In this document: piece after piece, positions 34,492-46,400 of the stretch
Numbering within the stretch: position 1 is the first letter of the stretch
How the letters are laid out: each line of letters opens with the position of its first letter
Source of the DNA: Cyanophora paradoxa CCMP329
Lineage: Eukaryota > Plantae > Glaucophyta
NCBI GenBank assembly: GCA_004431415.1
Contig: QPMI01000553.1
Location: 248,001 to 312,000, forward strand
Direction: 5' to 3'
Length of the DNA stretch: 64,000 bases
Position numbers and translations under genes: made by a program
Notes under the pieces: generated by a model
Seen by the model: the letters and a program-made list of their open reading frames with translations, nothing else
Database searches by the model: none
Told to the model about the DNA's origin: nothing

Positions 34492-37377
34492 TTATTCCAC
34501 ACCTTCGTCATCGTCTTCGAAATCGTTAGCGCGGTTCTTTGTGAGACCGAGATAAACACGCTTCGATTTTCCACCAACCTTTTTAACAGTCGAGCCGATC
34601 TTAAACACCTCCATCACCTTATTGCTTACAGCTCGTCCTGTTATCGCTGCTCTTCTATCAACATCTCGCATCGTATTGGAGCAATCCTTAAACAGATCGT
34701 CACATATTATGTATTTCGTGTTATCCTCCGCCAAAGCGTAGTTGTCCCTTAGGAATGTGCCGATACGGTCGCTGTCCGCGAGATAATTAGCGGAATGTTC
34801 GAGGATGCATTGGGGCGGATGGTCGATAATATGATTAACATTATGGTTTTTAAGCATGTCTATGAGAATCTCCATGTTTGCCCTGCGCCATTCACCATTT
34901 ACGTCATTATCGGGATTCAACAACCCTGTAAGGTCTTTATCCGCTTTCTTCTGTCCGGGCTTAGGTTCGACGGCATAGACCTGCTGAAATGGAACAGAAC
35001 GGAAGCGGCGCGCTACTGCATTGTCGGGCTGATCAAATTCGAGGTTATTATTACAGAGGATGACGATAACAAACATCGGAACGAATGAAATGGGTTCTCT
35101 GAAAAGGGTTCTTACTGTGATCTCATCACAACCTGTGAAATTCTTGATTTGTCCCGACAACAGTTTGCTACCCGTGTTTGGTTCGTTTGTATGGACGAGC
35201 CTAACACCTTGCTTATTCGCAAGTTCCGGAATCATTCCATTACCTTTATCCTCCTTCGTGAAAATCCCAATGCTCATATTTCGTGAGTAGTCGCCAAATG
35301 TCTTATGCATGAAATTTTCGATTACGCTCTTTCCGTTCGAGCCGATACCCGTAAACATATAGAAAAACTGCATGTTATTTTTACCCGTTAGAGACTTGGC
35401 ATAAACAGCCTTAATGTAATTGCAAAGTTCGACATTGTCGCCCGTGATATCCATATAGAAGTCATTGAGCCGTTTGACCTTCTCAGGATCCACCGGAATA
35501 TCATAGTTATAACAGACTGTTTTAGTCATCATATCAGAAGAACGACCATGACGGAATTCAAACGTGTTAAGATCATAAACCCCATCGTCAAAGCCGACAA
35601 CATTCGCGACTGAATCCAACCTATCGGCAAATGTCTCATCGTAAAGGTCATGAGATAGATATGTAAGAAGTCCTTTCGTGTATGCTCCGCCGTTAAGTTT
35701 TGCCGCAATAATTGCACAGGCGGTTGCCTTTCCTGCAAACTCTTTTTTATCGCTCTGTTCCTCCGCCTTTGCCGCCTTGGTAGTCCAATAGTTCTCCCGG
35801 TCTAAGTATGCTTTCCCGACCACCTCACCGATAAGACTTATCATACCACCATCATACTTATTGTCTACCTTCCAAAATCCGGTTTTCTCATTCAGGATCA
35901 ACCACAGACCACGTGAAAACCGCACTTTGTAGCCAATTAATGCTTTACATATCTTGCTAACAGGAAGTGGGAGACCTTTACTTAATAGCGTCTTATCCAT
36001 TTCTAATTTGATTTGAGCCATCTTATCATTCATGGCGCTAACGTCGAAATAGTCTTTTTCCTCCACACATATCTGTTCATCGATAAATGCAAACTGTCGG
36101 CTTGGTTTAAACAGTTCATAATATTTGTCCGGGTTATCCTCTTTCAGATAATGCACAAGTGAGCCGAAAGTTATAGTTTTGTTTTCGGAACCGGATTTTT
36201 TGCCTTTACGGATACTTGCCCATTTGCTCGCGGATTCGTCATAATCATACTTAGGGCTTTTCTCGGAGTATTCGTGAAACAGCGCCTCCTGTTTCGCGGG
36301 TGGTATCTTGTTTTCCTCTCCAACATTCGCGATTGCGAAACCAACATTAAGCCAACCTTCGTATGTATCCGATCTTTCAGCACTGAGACCCATCACGACT
36401 TCTCTCAGTTTCTCAAATGAAACGTTATTGGACTCCTCCGGCTGCTCTTCACTCTCCGTTTTCTTTGTTGTTTTTTTGCTTGTCGTCGCCGTCTCCTTCT
36501 TGGTTGTCTTGGTCGTCTCCTTCTTGGTCGTGGTTGCGGTCTCCTTCTTGGTTTCAGTCTTGCCTTCCTCCTTCATCTGCTCTTCTGCAACTTTCGCCTT
36601 TGCCGACCGTTCGTTTTTCTCATCTTGGGTTAGGTTAGCATCAAACATATACATGTTTGATTCATCGATAAGCACAGTGGGGCAATCGGTGAATTGCGCG
36701 AAAAAGTCGCTGTCATACATGCTTTCGCAATCCACAAACTTGGTAAATACTACATCCTTATCAACATCGCGTTTAGTTTTGTTTTGGGAATCCAACCATT
36801 TCCCCTTGCAACTACCCAGACAAACAAGCGCCTGCCTTGTCTTATAAACGAGCGGGTCATAATCGACATTTGGCGTAAGTCCGATTACATTTAAGAATTT
36901 CGGGATGTCTTCATGACGACAGCACAGATCGGTAAAGACGAAATGCCCCGATACCTTGAATTGGGTCACATCTTCCTTCACGAAATAAACACAACGATGC
37001 CGCACAGATACAGCAATGGTAGCACCGGTGAGTTCGTGTAGTCTCTTGCGCATTCCACGAATGAATTCCTCGGCTTCCTTGTAGTTATCGGCAACATCGG
37101 GTTTAAGATCCACATAGCCGTCATAATCCAGATAGACACGGGTAATTTCGTTTGGCTGAATGCATTCGGCGTAGGTCGGTTTTTTGCCTTTCTTCAAATC
37201 ATCCTTAATCCTTTCCGTAATCTGATGGTCGAAATACTCTATGACAGTCTCAGTGTCCGTGTCAGTATTCGGAGTGAGACAATGGAGGAAAGTCCCGTAA
37301 TTATGTTTCTCAGGTGTAAACTTGCACAGGTTACCGAGTCTGTCACAGGGAGTTGCGATTTTCGTGTTAGCGTTCAT
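34492..37377 (-). CDS. D5-like primase-helicase, 961 aa, intact (AEP - K/T/E linker - PriCT-2 - D5_N - SF3 helicase - winged helix)
   Basis: AEP motifs VYLDYD, SGH, YDPLVY; PriCT-2 YEGWLNVGFAI...FHEYS.KS.KYD...KW; D5_N FDDGVYDL; Walker A GIGSNGKS; Walker B RLVHTNE; motif C ILCNN; Arg finger AVARRF. Confidence 0.95.
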   Translation of the reverse strand: MNANTKIATPCDRLGNLCKFTPEKHNYGTFLHCLTPNTDTDTETVIEYFDHQITERIKDDLKKGKKPTYAECIQPNEITRVYLDYDGYVDLKPDVADNYKEAEEFIRGMRKRLHELTGATIAVSVRHRCVYFVKEDVTQFKVSGHFVFTDLCCRHEDIPKFLNVIGLTPNVDYDPLVYKTRQALVCLGSCKGKWLDSQNKTKRDVDKDVVFTKFVDCESMYDSDFFAQFTDCPTVLIDESNMYMFDANLTQDEKNERSAKAKVAEEQMKEEGKTETKKETATTTKKETTKTTKKETATTSKKTTKKTESEEQPEESNNVSFEKLREVVMGLSAERSDTYEGWLNVGFAIANVGEENKIPPAKQEALFHEYSEKSPKYDYDESASKWASIRKGKKSGSENKTITFGSLVHYLKEDNPDKYYELFKPSRQFAFIDEQICVEEKDYFDVSAMNDKMAQIKLEMDKTLLSKGLPLPVSKICKALIGYKVRFSRGLWLILNEKTGFWKVDNKYDGGMISLIGEVVGKAYLDRENYWTTKAAKAEEQSDKKEFAGKATACAIIAAKLNGGAYTKGLLTYLSHDLYDETFADRLDSVANVVGFDDGVYDLNTFEFRHGRSSDMMTKTVCYNYDIPVDPEKVKRLNDFYMDITGDNVELCNYIKAVYAKSLTGKNNMQFFYMFTGIGSNGKSVIENFMHKTFGDYSRNMSIGIFTKEDKGNGMIPELANKQGVRLVHTNEPNTGSKLLSGQIKNFTGCDEITVRTLFREPISFVPMFVIVILCNNNLEFDQPDNAVARRFRSVPFQQVYAVEPKPGQKKADKDLTGLLNPDNDVNGEWRRANMEILIDMLKNHNVNHIIDHPPQCILEHSANYLADSDRIGTFLRDNYALAEDNTKYIICDDLFKDCSNTMRDVDRRAAITGRAVSNKVMEVFKIGSTVKKVGGKSKRVYLGLTKNRANDFEDDDEGVE

Positions 37378-37556
37378 TTTCAGCGATTGGTTCTTAACTT
37401 TCTCAGAGAAAATAATCCGAGGAATTGATGAATTCCTTTTTACCTTATCTTCTCAGGATGTCCTTAAATGCTTTTCGGTTGCCCACGGCACTTTAATGAT
37501 TTGGCTTAGGTTATAAAAAAGAGAAAGTAAAGCGTCATTTTTTCACCTCCTACCAA

Positions 37557-38005
37557 TCAATTCGCTACGATTTTTTCCGATGATGCATCGGGATTACAAG
37601 CATTGTATTTACGAGGTCGTCCCCTTTCTTTGCTGTCTCTTGCTCAGTTACCTTAGAAGCCTTTTCGAGGCGTTTTCGTTCTTGGTAGTTCCTCGTTATC
37701 TCTTTCCTTCTGTTTCTAAATTCTTCATCCTTCGCATATCGTCGCTGAATATACAAAGCCATCTTTTCTAATCTCTCAGGTGGATTAACCGTTTTCTCAC
37801 CATTTGCGAGTCTCTGTTGTTTCATCTCCTGATACTTAACACGCTTCCTCTCCGCATCTTTTGCCCTTCTTATTCTTGCCTTTTCTTCCCGTTCTTCCTC
37901 AGATATTATTGTTTTTCCCTTCTTTATATTACTTTCAACCTGTGGGACAGGTTCCCCATTCTGAATAGCGAGAAGCTCTTGGTTTGATTTCCGAGTATTC
38001 GCCAT
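37557..38005 (-). CDS. Mirror of 25654-26103 (G4 vs G5 indel near 37622)
   Basis: Identical up to the homopolymer. Confidence 0.7.
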
Positions 38006-38154
38006 TATTCCTCTATATAAGAGTTAGATAATATCCCTTTCACTTCTCTTTTAAGTCAAACCCTTAAATACCTTGTGTGTTGTATGGTGTCAATTTTTGG
38101 ACATCAACCGTCAAACTTGTAACAAAAATTTAAGCTGTAACAGTTAAGTGTAAC

Positions 38155-38432
38155 ATGGAATACATCGAAATTGTTATGGATGAAACGGAAATGGGCAAAT
38201 ATCAACATGAGATGTCCGATGTGGAAGCGTATTTAATGCATAGTTACAGGTTAAGTAATGACGGTGATTATACACCTTCTGATTATATCCATGCTGAAAT
38301 AGAAGAGCTTGTGGACTTTCCGATTTCAAAAAAGCGGTCGCAACCATGATTAAGCGCATTTTCGGGATTAAATCCCATGCTGTAAGAATTGATGGCGTTC
38401 TTAAAAGAGTGTTTGATATCGAAAAAACCTAA
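38155..38432 (+). CDS. Mirror of the winged-helix-like ORF 25226-25504 (A6 vs A7 indel near 38330)
   Basis: Identical up to the homopolymer. Confidence 0.65.
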
Positions 38433-38471
38433 GAGAATTAAAGAAACTGTAACAGATAGTAGCACAACCCA

Positions 38472-39008
38472 ATGAATTTAAACGATATATTGACGTTTTC
38501 ACGGTCTATTTCGCCATATCCCGTAGTCAATGCATCAGATAAACTGAATGATAAGAATTATACAAAGTTCTTAATGAAAGCCAACGAAAGACAGATTATA
38601 TACTTTATTCAACAGAACCGCAAGAATAAAGGGGTATTTGATGCATGGAAAGAAAAGGCGGGATATCATGCCCTTCAACCTATTCGTTTTGCATTCTCAT
38701 ATAAACATCGTTACATGTTAGTCCCATATCTTGATATTGAGAACACCAAATGGTTCGTGGAAATCATTATTAAGTCATTCACGAGGGAAAACTTTGAGAG
38801 TCCGAATGAAACATGTCCTATCTGTCTTGAAAAAATTGACACCAATATAAGTAATAAAGGGTGTATCGTTTGCAATACTCTTATTTGTCCTAAGTGTTTC
38901 TTCTCTTTACTTGAATCACATGAGAATGTTAAGTGTTCGGTTTGTAGAACTAAACTATTTTTTGACGGAATGGAAGCATTAGAGCCTAAGTTATATGCAA
39001 ATGAATAA
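38472..39008 (+). CDS. RING-finger protein (mirror of 24650-25186)
   Basis: Identical translation. Confidence 0.85.
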   Translation: MNLNDILTFSRSISPYPVVNASDKLNDKNYTKFLMKANERQIIYFIQQNRKNKGVFDAWKEKAGYHALQPIRFAFSYKHRYMLVPYLDIENTKWFVEIIIKSFTRENFESPNETCPICLEKIDTNISNKGCIVCNTLICPKCFFSLLESHENVKCSVCRTKLFFDGMEALEPKLYANE

Positions 39009-39393
39009 GAAGAAGAATGTATTATACTGTAACTCAAAATGTAACTTTGTAACTTAGAACAAAAAGTAAAGTTACACAAAGATACCAAAAAGAATACTGA
39101 AAATGGTCACAGAGTCGATAGCTGTAACGTTGTAACGCTGTAACGCAAGTTTTAGACCTTCACCTATAAAAAGTCCCCGGGCATTATTTTAGAAAGAATT
39201 CAAAAAAGTAAAGTTACAGTTACGCTCGTGTGAAAATAATCGAAAATTGTCCTTTCACATTACTAAAAATGGTCTCAATCATCGTGAAACACAAAAGTTA
39301 CACCCTGAGTTACACCGCTGTTATCAAAAGTTACACCTGTTTGGCTTCCTGAAAAAATTGACAACCCGCAAAAAACAGACAGGATAACCCACG

Positions 39394-39693
39394 ATGACTT
39401 CACAGATTCCCGACGCTTTCATAGAACAGCTTCAAAATCCTGATTTATCACATGATGACCGCAGTAGTATTATTTATGAGAACCTTGTTAAGAAAAACGA
39501 CGGGTGTAATGTCAACCAACTACCCGGATATTTACAGAGACAGTTTAAAAAGAAGGTTTCCCGATTCATTGATTTCGACGAGAACACACCCGGGGAAGTA
39601 TCGAAAGCGATTCAAAGGGGAAAGGCACGCCATGATGGTAGCGTTATAACATTCAGATTGAGGCAGAAGCTTGAAAACCGGACACAGAAGTAA
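39394..39693 (+). CDS. Hypothetical protein (mirror of 23964-24263)
   Basis: Identical translation. Confidence 0.65.
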   Translation: MTSQIPDAFIEQLQNPDLSHDDRSSIIYENLVKKNDGCNVNQLPGYLQRQFKKKVSRFIDFDENTPGEVSKAIQRGKARHDGSVITFRLRQKLENRTQK

Positions 39694-39735
39694 TAAAAAT
39701 AGCGCTTGCGCAAGCGCGATGAAATTCACATGGTC

Positions 39736-39918
39736 TTAATTTTTAGCGATTGTATTCACTACATCTATCATTACATCGATTGCATCAATATACTGTTTAA
39801 CATTTTGTAGTCTTTCATGGTCTTGTCTTTTTGTGTGTTTAAGGTCAACCTCCCGATGGATAAGCTCAATCTTCTTATTATGCAATGTCGCCAAAGTTAC
39901 CCAATGTCCATTATTCAT
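39736..39918 (-). CDS. Small hypothetical protein (mirror of 23739-23921)
   Basis: Identical translation. Confidence 0.5.
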   Translation of the reverse strand: MNNGHWVTLATLHNKKIELIHREVDLKHTKRQDHERLQNVKQYIDAIDVMIDVVNTIAKN

Positions 39919-39970
39919 TTTCTATTTCATGTCAGATCAGAAAAACTTTTATCTTCCATCAATTTTTACA

Positions 39971-40447
39971 TTAATCACGTTGCGTCTTTATGTCATTACG
40001 ACAGATTGGACATTTAAAGGTCTCCGACTTCTTCAACTGTAAAAAGCATGTGTTGCACATTTTGGCGAAACATGTCAAACAAGACATTTGTATTTTACTT
40101 TTACAGTCATCGAGACATATGACGCACTCCTTAGTTTCATTAGATTCAGCAGGTAGGTTAGTAGACCATTTAGAGATGATCTTAGAGATAAACAATTTAC
40201 ACGATGTTTCAGTTAGAACAGGAACGAGAATATAATGAGTCTCTAATGTAAGAAAGCAGACGAAACGGGTATTAGGTGAATATCCCGAGTTTTTACGAAA
40301 CATTTCGAAATACGCACGATATTTAATATCATACGGCACAATACAGATAGTGTTAGGGTTTGCCTTCTTTAAAGATAGGTCAGCATCGATGAGAACAGGA
40401 ATATGGGTAATACTCTTAATGTAGGTCAGAATATCCGACGCGTTCAT
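39971..40447 (-). CDS. RING-finger protein (mirror of 23210-23686)
   Basis: Identical translation. Confidence 0.85.
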   Translation of the reverse strand: MNASDILTYIKSITHIPVLIDADLSLKKANPNTICIVPYDIKYRAYFEMFRKNSGYSPNTRFVCFLTLETHYILVPVLTETSCKLFISKIISKWSTNLPAESNETKECVICLDDCKSKIQMSCLTCFAKMCNTCFLQLKKSETFKCPICRNDIKTQRD

Positions 40448-41427
40448 ATTGTATATTCCGTTATATATCTGTTTGGTTTAAGTTTAACATATGTTTCATT
40501 TTTTCATCACAGTCATGGCCTTTTCAGACTTGCAATTGATGAGATATAGACAGTGATAAATGCTGTAACTTCAAATGTAACTTTGTAACTTAGAACAAAA
40601 AGTAAAGTTACACTAAGATACTAAAAAAGAATACTGAAAATGGTAAGAAATACGATAGGTGTAACGCTGTAACGCTGTAACGCAAGTTTTAGACCTTCAC
40701 CTATAAAAAGACCCCCCAGGGGTTCTTTCAGAAAGAATTCAAAAAATAAAGTTACAGTTACACATGGTAAGAAAAAAGCAAAGTATTGCGTTAAACCTTA
40801 CTTAAAATGGTCTTGTCAATCGAGAAACTCAAAAGTTACACCTTGTGTTACATCCTTGGATATCAAAGTTACACCTACTATTACATCGGGGAATACCAAA
40901 GTTACACCTTGTGTTACATTGCTTGACCTCTATGTCACACTGTGGAATAAAACAAAACCAATATTGCTTTTTCTGAAACCTACACTGAATGTTAACATTT
41001 CGCTCGCTTTTACAAATGATAAGTAGAGAATACATTAGATATACGATGTAACTTAGATGTAACTTTGTAACTTAGAACAAAAAGTAAAGTTACACAAAGA
41101 TACCAAAAAAGAACACTGAAAATGGTCACAGAATCGAGAAATGTAACGTTGTAACGTTGTAACGCAAGTTTTAGACCTTCACCTATAAAAAGACCCCCCC
41201 GGGGGTTCTCTCAAAAAGAATTCAAAAAATAAAGTTACAGTTACATATGGTAAGAATAAAACGAAACATCACATAATTCCTTACTGAAATGGTCACAACA
41301 TCAACGTAACACAAAAGTTACACCTCTTGTTACAGCTAAGTTACACAATGTTACACCAAAGTTACAAGACAAAACAAAACCGTTGAAAAATGTGAAAATT
41401 TGACAATCTTTTAACATCTAATTACAA

Positions 41428-41889
41428 ATGGATCAATTCATTTATTTCCGAAACACAACAAACGAGCCACACCATTACTACGGCGCTTACTTGTTGGATA
41501 TAAGCAACCTCCGTAATACTTGTTTCAGATCAATATTTGATATCAAAGATTGTGGCGTTAAATTCGATGATGACACAGGGTATTGGTTTGTTTCATACAA
41601 GTTTCATAGAATCTTAAAACACTTTCCTACAATAAACCCCACTGTTATCGATCCTGATTATCATAATCAACCCAAACGTCTATATTTCGTTGGTGATATC
41701 AAAGCAAAACTACCAGAGATTGAGGCAAAGCGTATATTTACCCAGGCATCATTGTGTAAATACATGCAAAAACAAGGCGCTTTATTTGACAAGCGACACC
41801 GTTTATGGTATGTCACCGATCCTGAAAGTGAGATATGCAAGATCTTTAAAATGTTTGATTGCGAACATCTAACATCTCTACGTCATTAA
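41428..41889 (+). CDS. DUF5710-like protein (mirror of 21768-22229)
   Basis: Identical translation. Confidence 0.7.
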   Translation: MDQFIYFRNTTNEPHHYYGAYLLDISNLRNTCFRSIFDIKDCGVKFDDDTGYWFVSYKFHRILKHFPTINPTVIDPDYHNQPKRLYFVGDIKAKLPEIEAKRIFTQASLCKYMQKQGALFDKRHRLWYVTDPESEICKIFKMFDCEHLTSLRH

Positions 41890-43183
41890 AGATAAGCAAT
41901 TATCATAGATCTTTTTTAGTTATCATGATATCATAGTATAACAATGATGAATGTAAGAATAACAAGGTTACGTTAAGGTTACACAAGTTACGTAAGTAAA
42001 AACGTTACGTAACCTAAAATAATAGAGAAATGACACCATAATGTCGTAGAGGTTACGCAAGTTACGTGGTTACGCAAGTTTTAGACCTTCACCTATTTAC
42101 CTTTTTTATTACAATGGCAATCGTTAAAAAAGGATATAATATATCCTTTCCTACAATAGCTTTCTACAATGATTTTCTTTCTACAGTAGCTTTTGTTACA
42201 ATAGAATTCTACTGTATGATGTAGCCGAAATATGAATGCACCCTACATTAAGCAATGTCAAGTATTTCGAATACTATTCGATTTCCTTACAATAACACTC
42301 AGCATCTCCCCTTGATTCCCCCTATTATATTATATTTATATTTAAGTGGACTCAAGGTTGACTCATATTAATCGTAAAAGTAGTAAAAGTATATGGATTT
42401 TGTTACGAATTCAATGGGAGGGTTGACTAAGTGGGTTGAGTTGACTCAAATTTCACAGGAAATAACAATGAATCAGAGTATAAATGCATTTTTTGAATCA
42501 ACTACACCAACTAACACTGAGAAAGTAGAAGATATCATATAGTATTACCATATATGGTTTGTCAGGCACTATAATATAGTTGTCAGGCACTTATATAGTA
42601 TGTCAGGCATTGTCAGGCACCTTTTTAGAAAACTTTTCTATAATTCAAATTTCATTGTTGATCCAAACAATGACTTTGCCAAAATAAAATACTTTGTCAA
42701 AATCGATGGATTTAATGCCTGACAAATAAATGCTGCCTGAAAGATTTTAAATCACATTCCTAAGATCACATTTGAATCAACTACACCAACTAACACTGAG
42801 ATTTTAACAATGAATGAGGTCCTTACTGAATATGGTATGTGTCACAGGTGTCACAGGTCTATCCCATGGATTTTAAAAATCAATTTCTCACTAGGACTTT
42901 CCTTGGGATTGACCTGTGACACCTGTGACACCTGTGACACCCAAATTCCTAAGGGTCCCCCCTTAGACTCAACAAAACAATGATAAAATCATATAAGTTT
43001 CATGTATAATTACGATTGGATTCAATAAGAGATCGATTTGTTTTATTTAACAAATGAATCATTTATGGATCTTAATCGAGTTTAGCGATATATTTCCGAT
43101 TAAATGAATTAAATTTAATTAAATTTAATCGAGAAAGTACATGAATATAATATCGATTAAATCAATTAACAAACAGACCAATC

Positions 43184-43466
43184 ACACATAGTAAAATGCG
43201 GAGTTTTAACCAGAGGCAAGATCTAATTGAGATTCAGTTATATTATTCGGAAATATATACAGATTATCGATAGACTCAGTAAGACTAATCGGAAAATAAG
43301 AGAAATTTACGATAAAATATCGAAAAGAATACAAAATAAACGAAATAAATGAATATTCGATAAGATATACACAGATTAACGATTGATTGAAATAGAATAT
43401 ACGAGATATATCAACAAAATCAATTAAGATAAGCCGAGGGTTAAAACTCCGCATTTTACTATGTGT
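43184..43466. other. Right terminal 283-bp imperfect hairpin
   Basis: Reverse complement of 20191-20473. Confidence 0.85.
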
Positions 43467-46400
43467 CCCCTCCAGACGGGCGGCCACGGCGATACCTCCA
43501 TGTTGAGGACCGACACGCCGAACCCATCATTCCCACCCTTGGGCACGAAGTCGCGAACTTCAAACGGAAGCTTCACCAGCGCCGGATTGACACCGAAACC
43601 GCCTTGATTTGTCGGAATGTCGCTAGACGGATTGACACCGAAACCGCGCTAGACAGTCCAAAGCTCGCGATTCGGCATTCGATGCGAGCTTACTTGGCGA
43701 GACGGCCCTGGGGCGCTTTGATGAGGGTGTTCAGCAGGTTCGCGAGCGGGCTGTCTGACGCCTCCGTCTGCCCGGTGAGGCCCGTGGCAGCGGTGCCGAC
43801 CCAGTCCGGACTCGAGATGGCGGCGGACAATTCCTTAGTGGTCTGGTCGATTTTGCAGTGGCAACGTCAGATCCAATGTTACATATGTTATATACATATG
43901 ATGCCAAAAGCGTCTTCAGGTGGATGTTAATGGAATGTGAAAACGCACCTGTTCAAGGTAAACGCCGAGGTCGAGATCGACAAAGTCACATGGATCGAAT
44001 TCCGGCTTGCAGTTCGACAGCTTCAGCATAAGCGTTGAATTAAGGAACCTGTTGCGGTTGCGCGCGGAAGTTGCGATTCAATGCGAGTGCCGAGAGCCGC
44101 GGCGTCGGCTCTGAACGCACGAACTGGAGACAGCGGATAGGGCCGTGATGGCGTCGAGAATGCCTGCGAGGTCTGGGTACACTTCCTTTAGGCTTGCGGT
44201 GTTGTTGGCGAGATTCACGCGGCGTTGCGCAATTGTAGCGGCCGAACAAATGTCATCAATCACTTTTTCCAAGTTCGAGGGCTTCACTGCATCAAAGTTT
44301 CAAAAGATTGTGATTTTGGTGTCCAATTGCAATATATATAGCTTCCATCGAATTTCGTACCTGTGACTCCCTGGAGCTGGTCGGCGAAGGCAGCGACCGC
44401 GTCGGCCGTTGACGAAATCATCTCTGAATCGCTAATTTGACCAGAGTTGTACAGTTCCTTGAGACTGTCAACAAAGTTATTGAAGCTCGAAATCGCCTCC
44501 GGATCCACCACCACCACTGGATCCAGCCCCCCGGCGCCCCCCGCTCCACCCGTTCCACCCGTTCCACCCGTTCCACCGGTTCCACCGGTTCCACCCGCTC
44601 CACCCGAGCTCGAGCTTCCTGGCTTCAATACCGTGACGTTGAAATAAACATCTGCGGAACCGGTGAGCTGCACGTTGAGCGCAGAAATTGCAAAGAAGTC
44701 AAATGAGTTCTAGTACCCGAGCAGCCGCAATCGTTTTCAGAGCAAATTGACGCTGTGAGCGTATGCATGCCAGCGGGAAGGGCGCCCGAGGAGAGGCTCA
44801 TAATGTTGCTTTGTCCAGGCCTCACAAGAATCTTTTCTTTAAGCTGTGGAGCGGCGCGGAGGATGAGAGTGAGCATCGTATACGTATGCCCCGGGGCGCC
44901 CAGGTGTGCCTACCTTGAGCGAGTAGGAGAGCGGGAGGGCCTTCGCCAGGTTGAAGGGCGCCTTCCAGTCCGAGCACGTGACGGTGTAGCTCGTCTTGAA
45001 CAAAACGCCCTCCGTCGGCGAGATCGCGCAGGTTCCTGGGTCGACAGACGCCGGAGGGCCGATGAGGCGGAAACTGGCCCGGTCTTCGACCGGGGCGTAC
45101 AACGTGCCCGGCTTGTTAGGGTCCGGTGCGGTGACAGAGCAGCTGTGCGCACGACAAATCCACTTCAACGATATATTTGATTACGGGGTACCGAACATAT
45201 CCAAAATTAAAACGTTTACGGACAACAACATAATCTTTGTCTGCAGGGACGAAATCCGTCAAGAAGTTTTATGAAAAGCCCAAGCATGCATGTGGTCAAC
45301 ATTTGCGCACAGTATTCGAAGGCGGGGCGGAGGTCTGGAGCGAAGACCAGCGTATCGTTCACCCGCGAGACGCTGCTGAAGTAGCTGTACACGCGCGACA
45401 GCTCAGAATATTCAGCCGGGATCGGTAACTGGAGCGGCGTGCACGCACGGGGACTTGTTCAGGTCGGCCAGGAAGGGCTCGCCGTTCGGGGCGGTCCAGG
45501 TCTGCGTTGCGACATTGGGGAAAGCTGCGTAGCCAGGGGACGAAGAAGTGCAGCGGGCGATGATCGTCTGCTTGTAGCAGACGGTTTCGGCGGTTCCCGG
45601 GGGCGGAATGACTTCGATCTGCGTTTGCGCAGACCAGACGCCATCAGCTCTCTGAATCAGCACGTGCACGTTCAATCAGCGGGGATGCGATTACCTCCAC
45701 CTTCACGCGCATTGTCACTTCCAGCGTGAGGGGCACGTCTGCACAGGAGCGCGGAGTGCGTGTCCATTAGCGAAGCAAGCTTAAGGACAGAAACCAGTTC
45801 ATCTTTGGTGGTACCGGAGCAGCCGCAATCGTTGCTCGAGCAGATAGTCGCCGTGAGGTCGTACTTGCCCACGGAGAACTTGTAGGAGGGAACCATGGCA
45901 TTACTTGTTCCGGGCGCCACAAGTACAGTATCATTCATCTGCACGGGAATTTTTAGAGAGGTCCCGGACACCTGCGGCGGGTTGGGCCTGATTGTAGCGC
46001 GCCTTGAGTGAGTAGGAGAGTGGCAGCGCGTTTGCGGCGTTGAAGGGCGGCTGCCAGTCAGAGCACGTGACAACGTAGACTGTCTCGTCCAATGACACAT
46101 CCTTGGACAATATCGAGCAGGTGCCTGGGTTCAGAGACGCCGGTGAACCGATGATACGGAATCTGGCCGTGTCTGTGACAGCAGGAAGGTTCATGCCCAG
46201 TCTGACAGGGTCGGGAGCAGTGGCGGAGCAGCTCTGCGCAGGCAGGGCAGCACGTCATCAAGGAAAATCAACGAGAGGAGCCAAGGACGGATGAAATTTG
46301 CTGACAATATTGTACTCCTTGTCTGCGACGAACACGCGCAAGTTAAGGACGCGCAGGTTGAGATAACATAAAGACTACATTAACAAATCGATCAGCGCTC

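Larger units (their letters stand above)
20191..43466. mobile_element. 23.3-kb AT-rich palindromic virus-like/plasmid-like element with ~11-kb inverted arms and 6-bp TSD CCCCTC
   Basis: CCCCTC at 20185-20190 and 43467-43472; termini ACACATAG...CTATGTGT; abrupt GC-to-AT shift; host exon restored in frame (SPWPPVWR|GPEGGRIQG). Confidence 0.95.
32430..43466 (-). repeat. Right inverted arm (11,037 bp); origin-like cores mirrored at 34208, 39143, 40680, 41162 and 42072
   Basis: Reverse complement of 20191-31229. Confidence 0.95.

Noticed and set aside
20191-43466. Giant palindrome as a fold-back read or assembly artefact, or bacterial contamination
   Set aside because: A unique 1.2-kb centre, an exact 6-bp TSD and in-frame restoration of the host exon argue for a real insertion (spanning reads are still desirable).
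20191-43466. Classification as a Polinton/Maverick, virophage or Helitron
   Set aside because: No pPolB, integrase, capsid, packaging ATPase or HUH Rep; termini are not AG...CT.
43583-43650. 20-bp direct repeat CGGATTGACACCGAAACCGC near the element junction
   Set aside because: Lies 116 bp or more outside the TSD; a small local duplication in the host exon with no link to the element.
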